From the NCBI GenBank assembly GCA_951812995.1, contig CATOTD010000002.1, positions 67,468 through 131,467 of the forward strand: 64,000 nucleotides of DNA. The letters are read 5' to 3'. Under the pieces are notes generated by a model. The model did not search any database, was not told where the DNA came from, and saw nothing but the letters and a program-made list of their open reading frames with translations. The DNA comes from an uncultured Gammaproteobacteria bacterium. GTDB taxonomy: Bacteria; Pseudomonadota; Gammaproteobacteria; Eutrophobiales; Eutrophobiaceae. The position numbers and the translations under genes were made by a program. The first letter of the stretch is position 1, and every line of letters begins with the position of its first letter. Of this stretch, positions 53,481-64,000 are shown in pieces.

Positions 53481-56400
53481 ATGCAACGTGCCAACACCGC
53501 AATCATTACGTCATTCCAAGCCGTTATTGTCTTTTTTCTATGGCTGGTTGCAAGCCCGTCGCTGTTTGCGCAAGTCGCACCCGGGGTGACGGTCTCCGAG
53601 GCGAGGCTCACGGTTGCCGAAAATGGCGGCACGACTGAGTTCACGATACGGCTCTCCAGCCCACCCACCGAGCCTATCTTGGTTATCGCTCAGCCATTGG
53701 CTAACAATTCTGGTGTCACCGCCAATGTGATCGGCGGGACCCTAATCAACGACCTTAACTGGAACATCCCCAAGACGATCAGGATCACGGGGGTTGATGA
53801 TGATATCGCCAATCCCGACCCGCGCCGCACGGCACGTGTCCAGATACTCCTTAGAGATCAGGATGGCGGTAGCATTGGTAGCCGTAGTAGCTATCACAAC
53901 CTCAGTACTACCCTGGACATCACGGTCATCGATGATGATGTCGCCCCCGATGCCCCAAGCAATCTTACCGCTATCCCCGACAATGCCAAGGTACACCTGA
54001 ATTGGGTAGCCCCGACTACGGGCGGGGCGGTTGCCAGGTATGAGTATTCAACGGATGGCGGCACCACCTGGATCAGTACCGGCACGAATACCCGCGTTAC
54101 CGTAACTGGCTTGGCCAACGACAACCTAGTCAGCTTTACCGTGCGCGCGGCCAATGCCGCAGGCAACAGCGCGGCCAGCACTGCAGTACCCGCCACGCCG
54201 ACAGCAGGCGCAAGACCCCCCGATGCCCCAACAAACCTGGCCGCTGTCCCGCGCCAAACTCAGGAGGTAAACCTGACCTGGGATGCCCCGGCCAACAATG
54301 GCGGTTCAGCGATTACCGACTATGCGTATTCAACGGATGACGGCACGACTTGGACTCTCACCGATAGCACCAATACCAACTTTGTCGTACTCAACTTGAT
54401 CGACTATAACCTATACACCTTTATCGTGCGCGCGGTCAATGCCCAAGGTGCCAGTGTGGCCAGCGCGCCAGCGTCAGCCACGCCGGTGCCAAGCGGAATC
54501 ACGGTGATGCGTCCTCGCGTGTTTGTAGTTCCCGAAAATGGCCGCACCCCGGTCAGTTTCACGTTAAGGCTCAACACGCAACCTGGCGGCGATGTTACTA
54601 TTCGCATCACACCACCTAGCATTGATGGAACGGCCATCGCCACCCTCTCTGGAAGTGGGACAGCGGCGGCAAACGGGGTCAGGACGCTGACCTTTACGCC
54701 TGATAACTGGAACACCGCCCAGACAGTCACAGTCACGGGTGTGAATGACGCAATCGACAACCCGGGCGATGGGCGCACCGCAAGTTTAATCACACAGGTT
54801 CAAAACTATGGGCGCAACATTAGAATAGATCCTCCCATCAGTGTCACGGTCACCGATGATGATGCCGCACCCGATGCCCCGACCGGTCTTGGTGCCGCCA
54901 CCGCCGGTGATGGCGAGATAGTCTTAAGCTGGACCGCTCCGGTCAATACTGGCACCGTCGATGCCGTCGCCGCGGCGATGAGCGGCTATGAGTATCGGCA
55001 ACAGGCCGCTGGGGTATGGAGTGATTGGAACACGATACATGACAGTGCCCCCGGGGGTGCCAATGCGGCGAGTTATACCGTACCTAACTTGGTCAATGGC
55101 ACGGCCTATACCTTTGCGGTACGGGCGGTTAGTGCCGCCGGTAAGGGTGCGGCCAGTAATCAAGAATCAGCTACACCGCAAGCCAGGGTCGTTGCTAATG
55201 CCCCAACGGTGAGTATTGCCACAATAGACGACCATGGGGGTAGGACAGCCCGGAATGTTGAGGTTACAGTTATTTTTGATGTGGCTGTGAATGGTTTTAT
55301 CGCAAGCGATGTGCGCGTGACGGGGGGAACGGTAGAAAGATTTAACGGCGCTGATGGCGGCACGAGATACAACTTTTTTATTGCGCCAGCGGGCACGGAT
55401 GCGATTACGCTGCTTGTGCCTGCAGGTGTTGCTCAAGGTGTTGTAGGCGGCATCGGCAATGTCCAGAGCCAGCAAGTGACAATACCCTATATTGGCCCGC
55501 CTTCTGCGCCTAGAGACATTCAGGCAACGCCTGGTAATGCCCAAGTCATTTTACGTTGGAATTCCCCGGCCAATATCGGTGGTCGACCGATTACCCGCTA
55601 TGAGTATCGGCAAGATGACGGTGCTGGTTTTGGTGCTTGGCAGGCCATTGCTGACAGTGCCCCCGGGGGTGCCAATGATGACAGCTTTACCGTGACCACC
55701 GGATTGACCAACGGAACTCGATATACTTTTCAGGTGCGTGCGGTCAATGGTGCGGGTGATGGTGCGGCCAGTGTCTCGGTATCAAAAACACCGACCGACG
55801 CTGATGTCGCTCCCCCAACGGTAATGATCACCACCAATGCGGGTGGTAGCCATGATGGCAGTACGGCCTTTACTGCGACCTTTACCTTTAGTGAAGACCT
55901 AGACCCAACCGACCCCTTTGCGATAGGCGATATCCGCTTAGCGGAAGCGACCGCCAGTAAATTCGTAGCAACAACGATCAACCGCGTCTACACCGCCACC
56001 ATCACGCCGGATGTGGGTACGACTGCGGCCATAACGATAGATGTTAATGCTAATGTTGTCCAAGACTTGGCGAGTAACAATAATGAGGCGGCGGCACAAG
56101 TGAGTGTGCCTTATGTTGCGGTCACGGTAACCGATGATGATGTTGCGACGGCAGAGCGTGAGCGGATTGATCAGGTGAACAATGATATTGCCCCGCGGCT
56201 GGCGCAAGCGATGCTGGCAAGTCCATTGTCGGCGATTACCAGTCGTATCGTGTCGGTGACCTCGGGTGTGTCATCGGCGGTTAACCTGACTGATGCGTCC
56301 AATGTTGCGCAGGTATTGAAGTCTAACGAGCGGTCGCTGGAACAGGGTACGTTTGATCCGAAGGTGTTGCTGGACGGCCGTACGTTTGTATTGCCGTTGC

Positions 56401-57602
56401 AGGCGTTTGGTGGCGGTGCTCGGGATGCGGATGGTATGGGTGGTTTGGCACTTTGGGGCAGTGGTGATTATACCGATCTCAAGGGCAACCCAGACCAGCG
56501 ATTGCAATGGGATGGCAATATGACGACGGCGCATCTCGGTGCGGATATGTGGTTGAGCCAGAATATATTGGCGGGTCTGTCAGTCGCGTGGTCGCGCGGT
56601 TCGTTTGACTATACCGACCGGTCGGCTACAGTAGCAGGTAGCAGTGCTGCGGTAGATGGTCCCATAGACGGCAACTATGAGAGTGAGATGTTGAGCGTGC
56701 ATCCGTATGTGAATTTTGCTTTGACCAAGGACTTTGAGGCGTGGGCGACCGTGGGTTACGGTTGGGGTGATGTGGAGATTGGCGACAATCTGATGACGGC
56801 ACCGCAGTCAAGTGATACGACGTTGACGATGGCGGCAGTCGGTGCGAGCGGTCAGTTGTTGTCGGTGGATGATCTGATCGTGGGCGGCACGACGATCCTG
56901 AAGCTGAAGGCCGAGGGTGCGTTATCGCAACTTGATATTGATGGTAATGGTGCGCGTATCAACCCGTTGACTGCGGATATACAGCGGTTGCGTTTGTTGT
57001 TGGAGGGCAGTCACGTACACACACTGGACTCAGGTAAGACGTTGACCCCGGCGTTGGAGGTGGGTGTGCGTCATGACAGTGGTGACGGGGTGCAGGGCAT
57101 TGGTTATGAGCTGGGCGGCAGTATACGCTTTTTGAATCCGGCTAGCGGTGTGACGATGGATATACATGGTCGGGTGTTGCTTGCGCATGAGGATGATTAT
57201 GAGGAATGGGGTGTGGGTGGTTTGATGCGGTTTGACTCGGGTCGGCGTGGTCGCGGTTTGTCGCTTAGTGTGGCACCGGTGTATGGTGAGGCGACGAGCG
57301 GGGTCGCGCAGTTGTGGGATCAGGGTGTGAGCCGTGCGACCATGGCGGCCGTGGACAATACGCCACGTTTGCGTTTGGACAGTGAGATTGGGTATGGTTA
57401 TGATGTGTTTGGTGGACGGGCGTTGTTGACACCTTACAGTGGTTTCTCGTTGGTGGGTGAGGGCGCGCAGCGTTATCGGCTTGGCACACGTCTTGAGATT
57501 GGGTCTGTGTTCAAGTTGAGTTTTGAGGGTGCGCGTCGTGAGGCATCGGGTGATGCGGCGGCCGATCATGGTGCCATGTTGCGGCTTGATTGGGCGTTGT
57601 AA
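53481..57602 (+). CDS. autotransporter-like surface protein with fibronectin type III, Calx-beta-like and Ig-like modules
   Basis: Signal peptide; four FN3 repeats (L.W..P...Y.Y...GL.N...Y.F.VRAVN..G); FTPDNWNTAQTVTV and VTDDD modules; C-terminal beta-barrel. Confidence 0.85.
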   Translation: MQRANTAIITSFQAVIVFFLWLVASPSLFAQVAPGVTVSEARLTVAENGGTTEFTIRLSSPPTEPILVIAQPLANNSGVTANVIGGTLINDLNWNIPKTIRITGVDDDIANPDPRRTARVQILLRDQDGGSIGSRSSYHNLSTTLDITVIDDDVAPDAPSNLTAIPDNAKVHLNWVAPTTGGAVARYEYSTDGGTTWISTGTNTRVTVTGLANDNLVSFTVRAANAAGNSAASTAVPATPTAGARPPDAPTNLAAVPRQTQEVNLTWDAPANNGGSAITDYAYSTDDGTTWTLTDSTNTNFVVLNLIDYNLYTFIVRAVNAQGASVASAPASATPVPSGITVMRPRVFVVPENGRTPVSFTLRLNTQPGGDVTIRITPPSIDGTAIATLSGSGTAAANGVRTLTFTPDNWNTAQTVTVTGVNDAIDNPGDGRTASLITQVQNYGRNIRIDPPISVTVTDDDAAPDAPTGLGAATAGDGEIVLSWTAPVNTGTVDAVAAAMSGYEYRQQAAGVWSDWNTIHDSAPGGANAASYTVPNLVNGTAYTFAVRAVSAAGKGAASNQESATPQARVVANAPTVSIATIDDHGGRTARNVEVTVIFDVAVNGFIASDVRVTGGTVERFNGADGGTRYNFFIAPAGTDAITLLVPAGVAQGVVGGIGNVQSQQVTIPYIGPPSAPRDIQATPGNAQVILRWNSPANIGGRPITRYEYRQDDGAGFGAWQAIADSAPGGANDDSFTVTTGLTNGTRYTFQVRAVNGAGDGAASVSVSKTPTDADVAPPTVMITTNAGGSHDGSTAFTATFTFSEDLDPTDPFAIGDIRLAEATASKFVATTINRVYTATITPDVGTTAAITIDVNANVVQDLASNNNEAAAQVSVPYVAVTVTDDDVATAERERIDQVNNDIAPRLAQAMLASPLSAITSRIVSVTSGVSSAVNLTDASNVAQVLKSNERSLEQGTFDPKVLLDGRTFVLPLQAFGGGARDADGMGGLALWGSGDYTDLKGNPDQRLQWDGNMTTAHLGADMWLSQNILAGLSVAWSRGSFDYTDRSATVAGSSAAVDGPIDGNYESEMLSVHPYVNFALTKDFEAWATVGYGWGDVEIGDNLMTAPQSSDTTLTMAAVGASGQLLSVDDLIVGGTTILKLKAEGALSQLDIDGNGARINPLTADIQRLRLLLEGSHVHTLDSGKTLTPALEVGVRHDSGDGVQGIGYELGGSIRFLNPASGVTMDIHGRVLLAHEDDYEEWGVGGLMRFDSGRRGRGLSLSVAPVYGEATSGVAQLWDQGVSRATMAAVDNTPRLRLDSEIGYGYDVFGGRALLTPYSGFSLVGEGAQRYRLGTRLEIGSVFKLSFEGARREASGDAAADHGAMLRLDWAL

Positions 57603-57716
57603 CGGGTAAAAAAGGCCTGTAAAAGACACCCGATGCTAACGCCGAGAATGTGTGCTTTATCAACCTGGAACGGCAAGAAAGATGAAATCTAGCTATTTTT
57701 TCCGCGTCAGCTACAG

Positions 57717-57918
57717 ATGATGTTAGATAACCCCATGCGTGGCACTGCTTTATATCGTGCCTTGGTTCATGCGGACGCACCCGAAGACGAAGCCAAAGAG
57801 GCCGCCGATGGTTGAGGATAAATTTAATAATATTGATAGTCGTTTAACACGACTAAAAACGATGTCGAAAGTTACGATTGCATTGTTAATAGCGATATTG
57901 ATTAAATCATTTTTTTAG
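57717..57918 (+). pseudogene. small coiled-coil/TM protein (DUF1640-like), frameshifted
   Basis: LYRALVHADAPEDEAKEAAD / VEDKFNNIDSRLTRLKTMSKVTIALLIAILIKSFF in two frames. Confidence 0.4.
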
Positions 57919-57969
57919 TATGGCGGCGGCACACTGCCCTTGAAACCTTGTTTAATGAGCGTTTAATAA

Positions 57970-57990
57970 GGGAATGATATACTTCAATAA
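57970..57990 (+). mobile_element. orphan IS1595-type end cut by IS256
   Basis: GGGAATGATATACTT preceded by TTTAATAA. Confidence 0.55.
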
Positions 57991-58400
57991 GAGCCTTTCC
58001 CAAAAACTGTGTAACTGCCGTTGGTTAAACGAGGTCCTTTAGTCGGTCTTCGAATTCGATCATAAAGCGATTCATCGCTGGTTTCCAATATTTAATCGAC
58101 ATAGTCCACTGCTTTGATGCATCTTGAATCGCCAGATAGATCACCTTTCTGGTAGCGTTGTTGGTTGGAAACAACTTACGTTTTTTGATAGCTTTCCTGA
58201 TGACGCTGTTGAACGATGCAATGGCGTTGGTGGTATAGATTGCCTTGCGCAAGTCCTGCGGGTAATCAAACAGGGTGTTGAGGTTCTGCCAATGACTCTG
58301 CCAGGAACGGCTGGTCTTAGGGTATTTGGCATCCCATTCGTCACCAAAGACATCAAGCACCAACAGTGCTTCCGCCTCCGTAGTTGACTGGTAGATTTGC
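57991..58400 (-). mobile_element. IS256-family type C 3' remnant
   Basis: WDAKYP...SW, RKAIYTTNAI.S.N..IRK, FEDRL. Confidence 0.85.
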
Positions 58401-58431
58401 TACAAGTCGACTACAACCGCCTTGTAGCTCA

Positions 58432-59045
58432 GAGTTACAACCGAACCTGGTGTCTGAAGAGGTTGAAGTATGCGGCGTGCCTTGCTGGAATCGGTTTTGT
58501 CTAGCAATCAAAAGTAACAAGAGGAGTACGCCACACATGACAAACAATACTGTGATTGATCTGGGTACACCAGAGGGAATTGATCCACTGACAGAGTTAC
58601 TCAGATCTGGTGCGAGGCAGTTAATCACCGAAGCTGTCCAGGTAGAGCCAGATGAGTTGATGAGGCAGTATGATGATCAAAAAACGGCTGACGTACGCCA
58701 GCACGTTGTCCGTAGCGGTCATCATCCAGAACGAGAGATCATCATCGGGGTTGGCAAGGTCAGCGTTGAGGTGCCCAATATCCGTAGCCGTGAGGGTGAG
58801 TCGGCGAGCTTTCAATCTTTGCTTGTACCGCCCTACATCCGGCGCACAGCGACCCTGGATGCGGCGATTCCCTGGCTTTATTTGAAGGGTGTTTCGAGTG
58901 GTCAGATGCAAAGTGCACTGGAAGCGATTGTCGGATTGGAGGCTAAAGGGCTGTCGGCCAATGTCGTGGGTCGTTTGAAACGGCAATGGGAAGCTGCATA
59001 CAAGCAATGGTGTACACGTTCCGTGTCTGATGAATGGGTCTATAT
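58432..59045 (+). mobile_element. IS256 type B 5' part, cut by IS256 type A
   Basis: End GAGTTACAACCGAACCTGGTGTC; inverted near-copy of 38866..39429. Confidence 0.88.
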
Positions 59046-60415
59046 GATAACATACATTATCTTTCGCAAATATGAAGAGGCGGTTTTCCTTTATCTGGTT
59101 AAATAAAAAGTGACATAACCATTTATTTGACCAGGAGAAGAGTCGCCATGAGCGATGATACAAGCAAGCACTTGAACAATGTAGTCCCTATTGATGAACA
59201 GGAACTGCAGGGCCATCTCAACAAAGTGGTACTGAAGACTGTGGAAGACACCCGCAACCAGATTCTGGACGCTGAGGCTGATGCGCTGGTGGGTGCTGAT
59301 CGATATGCACGCACTGAGACGCGCAAAGACGACCGGTCTGGTAGTTACACCAGGAAGCGCCACACAAAGGGCCGGAGAGCTTGAGTTAAAGATGCAGAAG
59401 CTACGCAAGCAGACCTTTGAGATGGCCATCATAGAGCGCTATCGGTGCCGTGTAGCATCTGTCGAAGAGGCACTGATTGAGATGTATCTGGCTGGCGTAT
59501 CGGTCTTACGGGTGGAGGATGTCACCGCAGTCCTCTGGGGTACCCGTGTTAGCTCAGGGACTATTTCAAAGCTCAACCAGCGTATCTATGGGCAGATTGA
59601 AGAGTGGCGTAATCGCCCCATAGGGAGTGATTTCCCTTATGTATACCTGGACGGTGTTGTGCTCAAACGCAGTTGGGGCGGTGCAGTGAAGAACGTTTCT
59701 GTTCTGGTCGCCATCGGTGTTGGGGACGATGACTACCGCCGCATTCCAGGGATTGTTGAAGGGACTAAGGGGGATAAGGCGGGCTGGTCAGGATGCCTGC
59801 GTCATTTGCAGGCACGCGGTCTCAAGGGCATCAGGTTGGTGCTCAGTGATGCCTGTCTTGGGCGCCAGGAGTCAATAGGTGACTTCTACCCGAAGCTGGC
59901 TGGCAGCGTTGTATTGTGCACTGCTACCGCAACGTCTTCAGTCATGTGTCTCGTGGTCGTGTCAAAGAAGTCTCTCGCATGTTGCAGGCTATCCATGCAT
60001 CTGAATATATGGAATCAGTCAGGCATAAGGCCACGGAGGTTGAGAAGAAGCTCAGGGACATGAAGTTATCGAGTGCAGCGGATTGGCTGGACCAGTGCAT
60101 GGCAGAGACCCTGACGTATTATCGGTTTCTGGCAGAGCACTGGATTTGCATTCGGACTAACAATCCTTTGGAGCGGATCATTCGAGAAATCAGGCGGCGA
60201 ACTTGAGTAGTGGGAGCATTCCCGGATGGCAACTCGGCGTTGATGCTTTGTGCGGCAAGGCTTAGACACATCGCGGGGAGCTAGTGGGGAACGCGGACAT
60301 ATCTGAACATGGATTTGCTCCAAGAGATGGATAAAGAAAAGGATTTTCAGGTAGCGTAACAACCAGATTTAAGGGAAAGCCAAATCAGAAAGTGCGAAAG
60401 ATTATTGACACTACC
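59046..60415 (+). mobile_element. IS256 type A copy 3, full length, pseudogenised
   Basis: Ends GATAACATACATTATCTTTCGCA and GCGAAAGATTATTGACACTACC; two frameshifts and a nonsense codon. Confidence 0.92.
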
Positions 60416-60698
60416 CATTAACGGCCGAGGTGATACTATCATACCCGGTAAATGCTCCTATCGTAGCAAATGTTCCGCTTAGAGAATCACCTTCAAAAAA
60501 CTCAAGCGTCTCAACGCCATCATCAAAGGTAAATGATTGCGTCTGTGTATTATCGCCACCGTTATTAACTGTTATCTGAAGCCCATAGAGTTTACCTCCA
60601 TCAGATGGTAGACTTTGCGCCATGACTCCTCGCCCGCCAAGTAATAATAGTATTGGCAAGACAAAAAACAAGATTTTACCGAAGTTATATTTATTCAT
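60416..60698 (-). pseudogene. secreted protein N-terminus truncated by IS256
   Basis: AAGGAG RBS, signal peptide MNKYNFGKILFFVLPILLLLGGRGVMA; frame runs into the IS end. Confidence 0.6.
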
Positions 60699-60761
60699 TT
60701 TTATATCTCCTTAAAGTAGGTTTTTAGATTATGGTTTATTGAAGAAGGTTAGCGATTAATT

Positions 60762-62147
60762 GAGCTATTGTCAAAAGTAGTGTCTGACAAGTTAATCATG
60801 CGGCTGCCTTGTCGTCCTCAGTTACCTCGATTCCATCTTTAAGCTTCACGCCTCCAATCACCTTCGCCAGGTGTCTGAAGCCTCGCAGTTTGCGCCAGGA
60901 ATCTTCTGCGCATAATCCCATCTTGTAGATCATCGTCAGCATCGTTATTCGTGTGACACAACCTTTGGCCTGGCGTGTTCTATGCCGGATTGTCGCAAAG
61001 CTCGACGGGGTGACATTCGTTGTCCTGATGTGGGTCCAGTGCTCTGCTGGAAAGTCATAAAATGCCAGCAACGCATCACGGTCTTTCGATAAGCATGGCC
61101 ACTGCCTTCGGATACTTCGCCCCAAAACGTTCCTCAAATGCATCAAATGCCTTCTCTGCATCAGTGCGCCCCTCTGCCATCCAAATGTCATGTAGCCCTT
61201 GTTTCGCTTTCTCCTGGACAGACTTCGGCAGATAGTTCAGTACATTACCGGTCTTATGCATCCAGTAGCGTTGTGCTGTTGTCTCAGGATAGACTTCTTC
61301 CAATGCTACCCAGAATCCCAGAGCACCGTCGCCAATCGCCAGCTTCGGTGGTTGGTTTAAACCTCGCTGTTTCAACGACAACAAGACTTCTCACCAGCTC
61401 TGCTTCGATTCCCTGACACCATCCTTAATTGCCAGGAAGTGCTTCTGACCGCGGCTGTTCACGCCAATGATGACCAGACAACACAATCAACCATCGTCAC
61501 CTCGAAGACCACTGTAGATGCCATCAGCCCAGATATAGACCCATTCGTCAGTCACTGAACGTGTACTCCAGGTTTTGTACTCTGATTCCCACTGACGTTT
61601 CAGGCGACCAACTGCATTGGCGGATAAGCCCTTGGCATCAGGCCCGACAATCACTTCCAGGGCGCTCTGCATCTGACCACTCGAAACACCCTGCAAATAA
61701 AGCCAGGGAATCGCCGCGTCCAGGGTCGCTGTGCGCCGGATGTAAGGAGGCACTATTAACGATTGGAAGCTCTCAGGCTCGCCTTCTCGGCTACGGATCT
61801 TTGGCACCGACACTGGTACTTTGCCAACACCGGTCAATACTTCTCGTTCTGGGTGATAGCCATTGCGCACAACACGCTGTCTGCCTTCACTCGTTTTCTG
61901 ATTATCAAAACTTGCCATCAACTCGGCCAACTCCGCCTGAATCGCTTCTGTTATCAGCTGTTTGGCACCGCTACGTAGCAATCCAGTCAACGGGTCAATA
62001 TCCTCTGGTGTACCCAGATTAATCACAGTATCTTTTGTCATGTGTGGCGTGCTCCTCTTGTTACTTTCGATTGCTAGACAAAACCGATTTCAGCAAGGCA
62101 CGCCGCATACTTCAAATTTATTCAGACACCAGATTCGGTTATAACTC
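60762..62147 (-). mobile_element. IS256-family element related to type B, full length, pseudogenised
   Basis: IR GAGCTATTGTCAAAAGTAGTGTC / GACACCAGATTCGGTTATAACTC; WADGIY, IGDGALGF, HIRTTN. Confidence 0.9.
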
Positions 62148-62350
62148 ACATGGGGGATGCCTGCAATGCTGTACATTGACCAACCCCTGGTAGCCGCCCT
62201 AGCTATACGCATAAATGACGTTACTACCACCGACCAATCTTGCCTGTTCAACTTTTTGCATCGACCGTTTTCCTTAGTGAATTGAATGACGCACGGATTA
62301 TTTTATTTTTATCGCTTGAAGTCTCATAGCTATTAAACCCAGGCACTGGA

Positions 62351-64000
62351 TTAGCTTTTAAGTAACGCTTGGCTGAACTCATGCTTATCTTTTTCTGATG
62401 CTGATGTAGTCATTAATAAATACTGCTGTGCCCTTGTCATACCAACATACAACAAGCGAGCACTATTGCTCTTCTCCTCGTCATGGGTATTTAGTGCGCC
62501 AATTCCCAGTATCATGACGCGCAAAAACTCCAGCCCCTTGCTGCTATGAATGGTCGATATCGTGACTTGCTCTATAGCAGAGTCGTATGCCTGCTTGCGT
62601 TGTTTATCGGCCAGCCAGGTATGCGGGATATGTTGTGCTTTGAATTGCTTAGCGAGTGCATCTCCCTGCCACTTCTGTACAACCAATACAGCCATATCGC
62701 GTAACGGCACTTTGTTGCCCTGCCACGTTTGTACACACTTGATCGCATGACGCACCTCGCCATCGAAATTATCAAACTGCCTGGTGACCGGCATACAACC
62801 GCTGGTCCCGGCTGCCTTTGGCTCAAGCAACGGGATATGGTCGTCATCGGCACTGTGTGGGTCTAGGTATTGCTGTACGAAGCGGTAAGCAAACGCCAGG
62901 ATTTCTCGTGTGTTACGATAATTAAGGCGCAAGATACTGGTCCTGCCTTTCGCCTTGATGCCAACACTGGAAAGCGTAAATCCCAGACCGGATGGCTTGC
63001 TATAAAGCGATTGCGCATCGTCATAGAGCAGCAATAAAGAATCCGTATCCGGATCAATCATCTGTACGACCAGCCGCAACCAATCTGCTTCAAAATCGTG
63101 ACCCTCATCAATCAACAGTGCGCCGTACTGCGCCCGTGGAATACGCCCTTTATCCACTGCGTCAATGACTGATTCAACCTGCCGCTCAAAATAGGAATGA
63201 TCCGATTTCTTGATCTCAACATGATAGGTTTTTAATTGTTCACCACACCAGTCATGAAAGTGATAAACCTGAACCTGTCCACCAATGCCCTTGGTGTTCA
63301 TGAAAGCGCGCAATTTTGCGGCCAAGGTAATGTTATAACATAACACCAAAATCGGCTTAGGTATCGTTTGTGCTAACTGTAAACAGCGATAACCCAGTAT
63401 CAATGTTTTACCCGAACCCGAAACACCATGAATGACACGATGCCCGGCTCCCATACTGCGTGCCAACTGCTCCTGCTGAATATCCATGATGCGGATGACT
63501 TCAGGCAAGGCCGCTGCTGGCTCAATATCCGGCTTCGAATCGTCGACGAATAAATCTTCCTGGGAGCTATCAATGCGAATTTCAGGGAATAAATGCCATC
63601 GCACTTGATTGATTTGCGGCAATGTCAATTTATTACCAAACTGATAATGAAACATGCCCCATAGCTGTTCCTGGAATTTTTCAGCATCGGCATTTTCCGT
63701 CATTTCATCTTTATAAATGATTAGGTGATCGGGCAACAGGATTTCGCGCTTATCATCTGGAATTGCTTTTTGGATCTGCTGGCGAGTCATGTTGGTCAAT
63801 ACGGCACCCCAGCCATAAGGCATAATCAAATTACCCTTATGTTTGCCGGATGATTGAATCAGCCTGGGGTCGCGCTGCAATACATTTAGCACCGCATAAG
63901 CATATTGACGCGCCTGATCCAGTGGGTGAGCTGTTCTAACCAAGCCGCTACCTGTCAACAACTCAACACCGGTCTTGCTGATTTTTTTAAGTGTATTGGG
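62351..64000 (-). CDS. SF1 (UvrD-like) DNA/RNA helicase, probably with N-terminal NERD nuclease; runs off window end
   Basis: HGVSGSGKT, LIDEGHDF, DDAQSLY, NYRN, TIHSSKGLEF, YVGMTRA; HPLDQARQY resembles the NERD C-terminus. Confidence 0.85.
   Translation of the reverse strand, partial: PNTLKKISKTGVELLTGSGLVRTAHPLDQARQYAYAVLNVLQRDPRLIQSSGKHKGNLIMPYGWGAVLTNMTRQQIQKAIPDDKREILLPDHLIIYKDEMTENADAEKFQEQLWGMFHYQFGNKLTLPQINQVRWHLFPEIRIDSSQEDLFVDDSKPDIEPAAALPEVIRIMDIQQEQLARSMGAGHRVIHGVSGSGKTLILGYRCLQLAQTIPKPILVLCYNITLAAKLRAFMNTKGIGGQVQVYHFHDWCGEQLKTYHVEIKKSDHSYFERQVESVIDAVDKGRIPRAQYGALLIDEGHDFEADWLRLVVQMIDPDTDSLLLLYDDAQSLYSKPSGLGFTLSSVGIKAKGRTSILRLNYRNTREILAFAYRFVQQYLDPHSADDDHIPLLEPKAAGTSGCMPVTRQFDNFDGEVRHAIKCVQTWQGNKVPLRDMAVLVVQKWQGDALAKQFKAQHIPHTWLADKQRKQAYDSAIEQVTISTIHSSKGLEFLRVMILGIGALNTHDEEKSNSARLLYVGMTRAQQYLLMTTSASEKDKHEFSQALLKS

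Noticed and set aside
53318..53638. ORF with KETEP repeats
   Set aside because: Translation of the 15-bp VNTR, overlapping the autotransporter out of frame
1..64000. tRNA, rRNA, prophage structural genes, reverse transcriptase
   Set aside because: None recognisable by eye; small RNAs could have been missed

Overview
Bacterial chromosome window, probably a host-associated gammaproteobacterium (inferred from gene order, IS load and an FN3 autotransporter). Bases 1-21.8 kb are an intact housekeeping block: ggt-coaD-rsmD-M16 pair, ftsYEX-rpoH with a perfect CIRCE, djlA, and phoBR-pstSCAB-phoU with Pho boxes. Bases 21.8-45 kb are mostly decayed IS256, IS5, IS3, IS481 and IS1595 elements, among which lie an integron cassette remnant with an attC site and an AT-rich fnlA/fnlC/glycosyltransferase cluster. 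Bases 45-53 kb hold dsbC, an orphan GspE-type ATPase, xerD and the rpsP-rimM-trmD-rplS operon, followed by a 1373-aa autotransporter, more IS256 debris and a helicase running off the window. The most notable pattern is a set of IS1595-family elements with GGGAATTATATACT-type ends repeatedly linked to restriction-modification cargo: an HsdR_N-type fragment (two copies), a methyltransferase stub, an SfiI/BglI-type pair, and an EcoRV-type pair sitting between 169-bp duplications of the xerD 5' end. In both complete R-M pairs the nuclease gene has a single lesion and the methylase is intact. Family assignments come from motif recall, not database searches.
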